Source: Candidatus Hydrogenedentota bacterium
Lineage (GTDB): Bacteria; Hydrogenedentota; Hydrogenedentia; Hydrogenedentales; SLHB01
Length of the DNA: 32,409 nt
Assembly (NCBI GenBank): GCA_029974275.1
Contig: JARKSN010000062.1
Location: 1 to 32,409 of the forward strand
Direction: 5' to 3'
Program-made: the position numbers and the translations under genes
Part shown: positions 26,257-32,409 of the stretch, in pieces
Layout: each line of letters starts with the position of its first letter
Numbering within the stretch: position 1 is the stretch's first letter
Notes under the pieces: model-generated
Databases searched by the model: none
What the model saw: the letters and a program-made list of their open reading frames with translations, nothing else
What the model was told of the DNA's origin: nothing

Positions 26257-27531
26257 TTATTCTGCGACTTTATTCTTTTCGTGCCGCGTCTCGACTTCGA
26301 CCGGATTCTGAGGCGAAACGGACATCTCCGCCTGCGTATCCATCCCGGGGAGGGTCAATGCCTCGTCCAGGAACCGGAAAATGCGCAGAACCGCCCGGCG
26401 ACAGGTCTGCACGGCCCGGCGCTGATCATGCGCCACTCCCCCGAGTTCCTCGTTCAACAGCAGTTCCAGATAGCCCAGCGCCGCCGACAACGGCGAGCGA
26501 ATGCGCTGAGAAATCGTCACCAAAAAACGGCTCTTCAACTCATCCACCTGACGGAGTTCGCGGTTCAAGCGCTCCAGGTCCAGGTTGGCCAAACGCGTGG
26601 CCTCGCGAAGATTTTTCTGATCGGTGATGTCGTGAAGGAGGGCGACATAGTAGTTTTTCCCGTCGCGGATAAACGCCCGCAACACAAAATCCACCGTGTG
26701 TTCCTCTCCCTCTTTCGTGACGACAATGACCTCGCCCCGGTATTCGCCCCGCGACATCACCATCGCCGCCTTGTGCGGCAAGGTGCCGTCGTCGAACAAG
26801 AAACGCCGGAGACGCAGCCCCAACAGGTCTTTCCGGGCAAACCCGAAAAATTCGCACGCGCGATCGTTTGCCTCGACAATGAGCTCGCTCCAATCAAACA
26901 CCACGATGGGATCGGCTGCAGAGTCCAGAATGGTGCGCAAGGTCGCCTCGGAAGCGGCAAGGGCCTGGGCGCGAAACAAAGAAGACTCCTCGGTGCGGCG
27001 CAGACGCTCCGTCAACATCCCCACCAGCCAAGCGCCCACCAGGAAAAAACCCAGCCGGACCGCCAACTCCCCCACGTCAAGGACATAAGACGCATGCCAC
27101 CGATGCTCAATCGCCGCAATCAACGCAAAACTCAGACAGCACAACGCCGCTGCGGCAAGCGTCTTGCGGAGTTCCGCACAGTACGCGGCAAACCCGATTA
27201 CAAAAAGATAATACAAGGCAAACACTTCGCTATTGGCGGCTCCTGTAAACGCCACCACCACCGAAATTTCGATGAAATGAACGATGAAATTGGTCCATCC
27301 CAAAAACCACTCGTACCGGCGCGAGGCAAAAACCCAGTGGACAAGAAGATTGTGCGTCAAGATGGCGGACGTGATGGCCGTAATGCGCAGCGGACTGGAT
27401 TCCAACTCCCCTGCCAGGAACAGCGTGGCCGCCAGCACATACAACGCATACCGCCCCGCTAACGCAAGCCGCTCCACCGCCAGCACCAACGAAAGGCGAG
27501 AATCCTCCGGCGTTTGCGTGCGCATGCTCAT
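26257..27531 (-). CDS. membrane PAS sensor with a degenerate HisKA (DHp) domain and no HATPase domain (pseudo-kinase)
   Basis: About 5-6 TM helices, PAS/PAC (ILDSAADPI..EAN.RA..FFG..DITDQK), coiled coil, ELKSRFLVTISQRIRSPL; ends about 25 aa after DHp helix 2. Confidence 0.82.
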   Translation of the reverse strand: MSMRTQTPEDSRLSLVLAVERLALAGRYALYVLAATLFLAGELESSPLRITAITSAILTHNLLVHWVFASRRYEWFLGWTNFIVHFIEISVVVAFTGAANSEVFALYYLFVIGFAAYCAELRKTLAAAALCCLSFALIAAIEHRWHASYVLDVGELAVRLGFFLVGAWLVGMLTERLRRTEESSLFRAQALAASEATLRTILDSAADPIVVFDWSELIVEANDRACEFFGFARKDLLGLRLRRFLFDDGTLPHKAAMVMSRGEYRGEVIVVTKEGEEHTVDFVLRAFIRDGKNYYVALLHDITDQKNLREATRLANLDLERLNRELRQVDELKSRFLVTISQRIRSPLSAALGYLELLLNEELGGVAHDQRRAVQTCRRAVLRIFRFLDEALTLPGMDTQAEMSVSPQNPVEVETRHEKNKVAE

Positions 27532-28364
27532 GCATCCTCATCCCTGGCGGCCGCATACACTGCGTTTCGCGGAACCCGGAGTTCCGCCGCGACCCGCCGA
27601 ATCGCATCGCGACGGGAAAGTCCATCCCGCCGCATCGCCGCACGGACCAACTCCCTCAGGAGATCCGGATCGGGAGCGGGAACCTCCCGCGTCGGAGGCG
27701 CATACACCACCACCACGCACTCGCCGCGAACCGGAGCCGCCGAGAAATGTTCGACCAAACAGGCAGGCGATCCGGGCACAACCTCCTCGAAGACCTTCGT
27801 CAACTCCCGCGCCACGCAACAGGACGCCTCCCCCACCGCCTTCTCCAAGGCCTCCAACGTGGCCACCAAGCGGTTGGGCGACTCGAAAAAGAGATGCGTC
27901 CCCCCTGCGCGCATGGCGTCGAGAAGCGCCTCGGCCTGCTTTCGTTTGCGCGGGAAAAAACCATGAAAGGAAAAAGAATCGGTCGGAAGCCCGCTGACCG
28001 ACAAAGCGGCCAGTGCCGCCGACGGACCCGGAACGGCCACAACGGGAATCCCGGCGTCGTGCGCCGCGCGAACCGCCCGATATCCAGGATCGGCAATGCA
28101 CGGCGTCCCCGCGTCCGTAATCAGAGCCACCGACTCGCCAGACCGCAACGCCGCGATCAACATCGCCGCCCGGTCCGCCTCGTTGTGATCGTGATAACTC
28201 ACCAGACGCGCCTGGATGCCGAAATGCTCAAGCAGCCGCGCAGAATGACGCGTGTCCTCCGCCGCGATCAGGTCCGCTTCCCGCAAAACCCGCAACGCCC
28301 GGGGAGAAATATCTTCAAGATTGCCAATCGGCGTAGCAACCACATAAAGCCGTCCCAACGACAT
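27528..28364 (-). CDS. rsmI: 16S rRNA (cytidine1402-2'-O)-methyltransferase
   Basis: LYVVATPIGNLEDIS.RA, AAEDTR, DAGTP.I.DPG, VPGPSA, FFESP.R, RELTK.FEE, RGE; ATG 28364 after GAGG. Confidence 0.96.
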   Translation of the reverse strand: MSLGRLYVVATPIGNLEDISPRALRVLREADLIAAEDTRHSARLLEHFGIQARLVSYHDHNEADRAAMLIAALRSGESVALITDAGTPCIADPGYRAVRAAHDAGIPVVAVPGPSAALAALSVSGLPTDSFSFHGFFPRKRKQAEALLDAMRAGGTHLFFESPNRLVATLEALEKAVGEASCCVARELTKVFEEVVPGSPACLVEHFSAAPVRGECVVVVYAPPTREVPAPDPDLLRELVRAAMRRDGLSRRDAIRRVAAELRVPRNAVYAAARDEDA

Positions 28365-28461
28365 GAGCATCCTCTTGCCGGCGAGGTGTTGCCGCCGCCG
28401 ATCTGCGCACGCAAAAACGCGCCCCTCTCCGTCCGCTCGGGCACAGGCGCGCACTACGTCC

Positions 28462-30087
28462 CTATCGTTCGCCCGCCGCAGGGGCCGGAAACGCCTCATC
28501 CCCGCCGCGAACCCAACTCCGGCCGGTAGCGCGCTCCAGGGCGGCATGCCCCACGGCATAATCACGAAGCGCCTGGACAAGCTTCGTCTTGGCGCTGGTC
28601 AACGCCAGTTCCGCGTCGAGAATCTCGGACTGCGTGCCCACGCCCTCCTGAAAACGGAGTTCGGCGAGCCGCAACCCTTCCCGGGCGAGATCGACGTTGC
28701 CGCGCTCGCTCTGGACCTTCGCCATCGCGTCTTGGATGAGAATGGCGGACTGGGTGATGTCGAGTTTCACAAGATGTGAAACGTCGGCGTACTGGTGCTC
28801 CAGCTTCGCCAATTGCGCCTCGGCCTGGGCACGTTCGGCGCGACGACGTCCACCCGCCGCAATTTCCCACTGCGCCCCCACGGACACCGTCCATCCATCG
28901 GGAATGGCTTGACGCCCGCCATCGGTGTTCTTGTAATCCGCCGTCGCCGCCACCTGGGGAAAATATTCGCCTCTGACGCGCTTGATCTCCTGTTTGGCCG
29001 CTTCGGCGGCCCGCCGCAACGCAATCAACTCCGGACGGCGCTCGCTCGCATACGCAACCATATCCTCGAAAGACGGCACGTGGGGCAACCACTCAAACAC
29101 AGGCGCAAGCGCAAGCGGCGTCTCCTGCGGCATCGCAAGAAGCCGACGGACGTTCGCCAACGCAAGGCGTTCCGCATTTTGCGCCGCAACCGTGTCGGTC
29201 CGGCGCGCGCCAAGCTCCGTGCGCGCCCGCAACACCTGGAAATTGCTGATCAACCCCACCTCATACATATGCTCGGCATCCGCCAAATTGCGTTCAAACG
29301 TGCGGACGCTGTCCTGGGCCACCTTCACCAGCGCGCCCGCCAATATCGCGTCGTAATACGCACGCTTCACGTCATATTCCAGGGCATCGCACGCAGCGAC
29401 GCGCTGCCATTCTTGCGACTGCGCCAAGTGCTCGGAGGCCCGCACCGCCGCCGCCAAACGCCCCCCCGCAAACAGAACCTGCGAAACCGTGATCTGCTCC
29501 GTCACCAAATGGTCCTGCGGCTGGGCCTGCTCGGCGGCTTTCTTGCTGAGTTGACTCTGCACCAGCAACCCAAGCCCTTGATACACCGGGTCGATGCCGC
29601 CGCCGCCCCCCCCGAAACCGCCCAGACCGCCCATGCTGCCCAAGCCGCCGCTCAGCAGCGATCCCACCCCGCCGCTTTTGCGCGCGTTGTACTCGGTGAC
29701 CGTTCCCGTGATCGACGCCGTCGCCCGCGGCAACAACTGCGATCGCGCGATGCCCACCCGCGCCTGCGCCGCGTCCACGTCATCCTGCGCCACAAGCGCC
29801 TGGGGATTGCGTTCCAGCGCCAAACGAACCGCTTCGCGCGCCGTCAGCGCCGTCGCGCCCTCCGCAGAAGAATCCGCGGTCGCCGCCCTCTGGGCATTCG
29901 CGTCCTGAATCGCCTGAATGACGCCTGCCGTGCTTTGCAGCAACTCGTCCAAGCTGGACGATTCCTGACTGAAAGACGTTGTCTCCTCCGGCGCGGACAA
30001 CGCCTCGGTTGGCGCGACATCCTGGGCCGCCGCCCCAACCGACATCCATAGCGTCCATACCAGAGCCACACACCCATACTTTTTCAT
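28462..30087 (-). CDS. TolC family outer-membrane efflux protein
   Basis: Signal peptide; LT..EAVRLALERNP, SQLLP, QVLFAGG, VKRAYY, YEVG, RRPEL, YFP, RFQEGVGT..EILDAE. Confidence 0.92.
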   Translation of the reverse strand: MKKYGCVALVWTLWMSVGAAAQDVAPTEALSAPEETTSFSQESSSLDELLQSTAGVIQAIQDANAQRAATADSSAEGATALTAREAVRLALERNPQALVAQDDVDAAQARVGIARSQLLPRATASITGTVTEYNARKSGGVGSLLSGGLGSMGGLGGFGGGGGGIDPVYQGLGLLVQSQLSKKAAEQAQPQDHLVTEQITVSQVLFAGGRLAAAVRASEHLAQSQEWQRVAACDALEYDVKRAYYDAILAGALVKVAQDSVRTFERNLADAEHMYEVGLISNFQVLRARTELGARRTDTVAAQNAERLALANVRRLLAMPQETPLALAPVFEWLPHVPSFEDMVAYASERRPELIALRRAAEAAKQEIKRVRGEYFPQVAATADYKNTDGGRQAIPDGWTVSVGAQWEIAAGGRRRAERAQAEAQLAKLEHQYADVSHLVKLDITQSAILIQDAMAKVQSERGNVDLAREGLRLAELRFQEGVGTQSEILDAELALTSAKTKLVQALRDYAVGHAALERATGRSWVRGGDEAFPAPAAGER

Positions 30088-30168
30088 GGAACTCGCGTCC
30101 TTGTGCATCGATCCGTCACGAAATTCCGCCTACATGCGCCCGATCGCCCCACACGAACAGAAAAGCCA

Positions 30169-31932
30169 TCACGATTCTGGAGAACCCGAGCGCTTCACGT
30201 CAACAATCACGCCTTTGAACACATCCACCACCTTCGCCACCCGAACATCGCTCATCGCCGCGCGCACATCCTCCGGCGTCACCCGGGGGGCCATCGGACC
30301 GGAAACCGCCGTCCCCTCGCCCGAGTCCGGCGCCGGCGAAACTTCGCGCGCCATCGCCACGCGATACGTTCGAACATTGGAGGCGATCTCCGACAAAATC
30401 CGTTCGAGGATTGCGCGATTCTCCGCCTTTTCCACATGGGCGCGAGCAAGCGTCTGGTGCGCTGCGTACTGCAACACAACCACATCGCCCTCAATCCCCA
30501 CCGGAGCCGCCTGCCCCAGCCAGATGCCAAGATTCATCTTCTCGCCGCCAACCCGCCGCGCAATGGCCTGCCACTCTTGCCGAAGGTTGTTTTCGGTTAG
30601 TTCAATCTGCCGTGGAACCGGCGCACTTTCGGGAATGACGGTTTTGCGCGCCAGATTGCCTTCCGCAGGGGGCATGCCCTCGCGGGGACAATCCGCCTTG
30701 CCGGGCGCCGACGCGGGCACGGAACGCATCGGGGCGCTTGGCGGCCCGGGAGAGGAGGCGGCGATCCCCTGGCCCACGCCGCCCGCGCCAAGCAACATCA
30801 ACTTCTCCAACACCGTGTCCAACGAAACTTCCGCCGCGACGCGCGACATGCGCACCAGCGCCGCTTCGAGCGCAATCCGCTGCGCCAACTGCGAATCGAA
30901 ATCCTTGGACAATTCCGCAAACTGTTCGACCAGCCGGATGAGCTCCATCAACGAAAATTTCTCGGCGCGCGCCTGCAACGCGACAAGTTCCTCATCGGGC
31001 AGCGACAAGAGTTTTTTCGCATCGGCGGTCTTGCACACCAGCAAATTGCGGAAATACTGCAAGACGTTTTGCACAAACTGGGCGAGATCCTTGCCGTTCG
31101 CCGTCACGTCATCAACCAACGTGAGCAACGCCCCCGTGTCTTTTGCAAGCATCGCATCGCACAACCCGTGCAATGCCTGCCAATCCACAAGCCCCAACAC
31201 GTCAAACACGTCTTGAAAGGCGATCTCCTTGCCGCAATACGAGATAACCTGTTCCAAAATGCTCTGTGCGTCCCGCGCGCCGCCGTCCGCCGCGCGAGCA
31301 ATCGCGTACAACGCCTCATCCCGGCACGCCACGCCCTCCGCCTCCACAATCCGCCGGAGCAACGCGACAATGTCCGCCAACTTGATGCGCCGGAAATCGT
31401 ACCGCTGGCAACGCGAGATGATCGTCGCGGGGATTTTCGCAGCCTCCGTCGTTGCCAGAATGAACACGGCGTGTTCGGGCGGCTCTTCGAGGGTCTTGAG
31501 CAACGCGTTGAATGCGCTCGTGCTCAACATATGAACTTCGTCAATGACGTATACCTTGAAGCGCGATCGCGATGGAACGAGCCGGATGTTTTCGCGGATC
31601 TGGCGGACATCGTCGACGCCATTGTTCGAAGCGCCGTCAATCTCGATCACATCGATGTTGTTGCCCGCCGCAATGGAGCGGCAATTGTCGCACGCGCCGC
31701 ACGGCGAAGCCGTGGGCCCCTCGGCGGCTTGGCAGTTCAACGCGCGCGCCAGGATGCGCGCCGTGGTGGTCTTGCCGATGCCTCGAGAACCGATGAATAG
31801 AAAGGCATGCCCCACGCGACCCGACGCAATGGCATTCTGAAGCGTCCGCGTGATGTGCTCCTGGCCAACCACGTCCTCGAAGGTCTGAGGACGCCATTTC
31901 CGCGCCAGAACGAGATACTGTTCGCCTGCCAT
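30169..31932 (-). CDS. dnaX: DNA polymerase III subunit gamma/tau
   Basis: YLVLARKWRPQTF, GSRGIGKTT, Zn module C..PCG.C..C, EIDGASN, DEVHML, NALLKTLEEPP, SRC; ATG 31932 after GAGG. Confidence 0.98.
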   Translation of the reverse strand: MAGEQYLVLARKWRPQTFEDVVGQEHITRTLQNAIASGRVGHAFLFIGSRGIGKTTTARILARALNCQAAEGPTASPCGACDNCRSIAAGNNIDVIEIDGASNNGVDDVRQIRENIRLVPSRSRFKVYVIDEVHMLSTSAFNALLKTLEEPPEHAVFILATTEAAKIPATIISRCQRYDFRRIKLADIVALLRRIVEAEGVACRDEALYAIARAADGGARDAQSILEQVISYCGKEIAFQDVFDVLGLVDWQALHGLCDAMLAKDTGALLTLVDDVTANGKDLAQFVQNVLQYFRNLLVCKTADAKKLLSLPDEELVALQARAEKFSLMELIRLVEQFAELSKDFDSQLAQRIALEAALVRMSRVAAEVSLDTVLEKLMLLGAGGVGQGIAASSPGPPSAPMRSVPASAPGKADCPREGMPPAEGNLARKTVIPESAPVPRQIELTENNLRQEWQAIARRVGGEKMNLGIWLGQAAPVGIEGDVVVLQYAAHQTLARAHVEKAENRAILERILSEIASNVRTYRVAMAREVSPAPDSGEGTAVSGPMAPRVTPEDVRAAMSDVRVAKVVDVFKGVIVDVKRSGSPES

Positions 31933-31974
31933 CGCTTCCTCGGTTGGGGCTGTCGCGGCCCCAAAAACGAAAAA

Positions 31975-32245
31975 ACCCGCGCACCCACCGTCGAACGCTT
32001 GTCCAGGACGGCCTCGGGGCCGTTGGCTCGGGCCAGGCGCTCCTACAGCACACGGGAAAAACCGCCTACGGCTGCTTCCTTCCGGACCTGACCGGGTTTG
32101 GCGGCATCCCGTTGAGTAGGACCCAACCGTCAACGCCACGCGCCCCGCACCTGACTGAAGGGCAAGACGCCCTCGGGTGGGAATTCGACCTCGCTAAAGC
32201 GGATTGCGAGTACAGGACACCGCTAGTTTCCCGTCTAGCGCGGGC
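31975..32245 (-). ncRNA. ffs: signal recognition particle RNA, large bacterial type with Alu domain
   Basis: Helix 8 core CCGGTCAGGTCCGGAAGGAAGCAGCCG; 5' Alu-like GCTAGACGGG..TAGCGGTG.CCTGTA..CGCAATCCGCT.TAGCG; terminal pairing CCCGCGC/GCGCGGG; directly upstream of dnaX. Confidence 0.93.
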
Positions 32246-32310
32246 AAAACAAAATCATCCTCTCGCCGCCTCGCCGGCGGCCCATCGCCCCATCACTCTG
32301 GGGAACAGGA

Positions 32311-32339
32311 ACTCTACCACCTTCCCATCAGCAAGTCAA
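32311..32339 (-). promoter_or_regulatory. sigma70 promoter for ffs-dnaX
   Basis: TTGACT-N17-TAGAGT with extended -10 TG. Confidence 0.65.
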
Positions 32340-32409
32340 TCCGCCGACTCGATTTCGACGGCGGCGCCTGCCTCGGAAACCGGAATCTCTCCATTTCGCC
32401 CCGCATTTC

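Noticed and set aside
30169..31030. Programmed frameshift or slippage site for the DnaX gamma subunit
   Set aside because: No A-AAA-AAG or long A run after domain III; the only A6 run here (about 31013-31018) lies inside domain III
32030..32139. N-terminal 69-aa extension of DnaX in the ORF track (begins at 32139)
   Set aside because: It reads through the SRP RNA; the true start is ATG 31932 with an RBS
32246..32409. Possible tRNA upstream of ffs
   Set aside because: No T-loop GTTCRA or cloverleaf on either strand

Overview
GC-rich diderm (Gram-negative-type) bacterial chromosome segment; the lineage cannot be fixed from sequence alone (tentative guess: Ca. Hydrogenedentes-like). Left end: a sigma70-driven triad of small protein, HDOD protein and pseudo-receiver/GGDDF cyclase converges on a solitary minimal flagellin. 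The flagellin has a clear sigma28 promoter and two GGA hairpins (CsrA-type) in its leader. Divergent from it is a CbcL-like b/c-type inner-membrane cytochrome with 19 CxxCH motifs, built by internal duplication. Middle: the minus-strand rimP-nusA-infB-ylxP-rbfA-nrnA operon runs through yqeY directly into a translationally coupled sugar ABC transporter containing an extra lipoprotein. Right: amidohydrolase, soluble PAS/GAF hybrid kinase, a sigma54-promoter amtB without glnK, an AlgE-like outer-membrane beta-barrel with a long structured leader, a His-less and ATPase-less pseudo-kinase, rsmI, an orphan TolC, dnaX and a large Alu-type SRP RNA. No mobile element, CRISPR array or tRNA was seen. The most notable items are the 19-heme cytochrome (with a possible His/Cys-ligated heme), the pseudo-kinase, the flagellin regulatory architecture and the ABC module appended to the nusA-infB operon.
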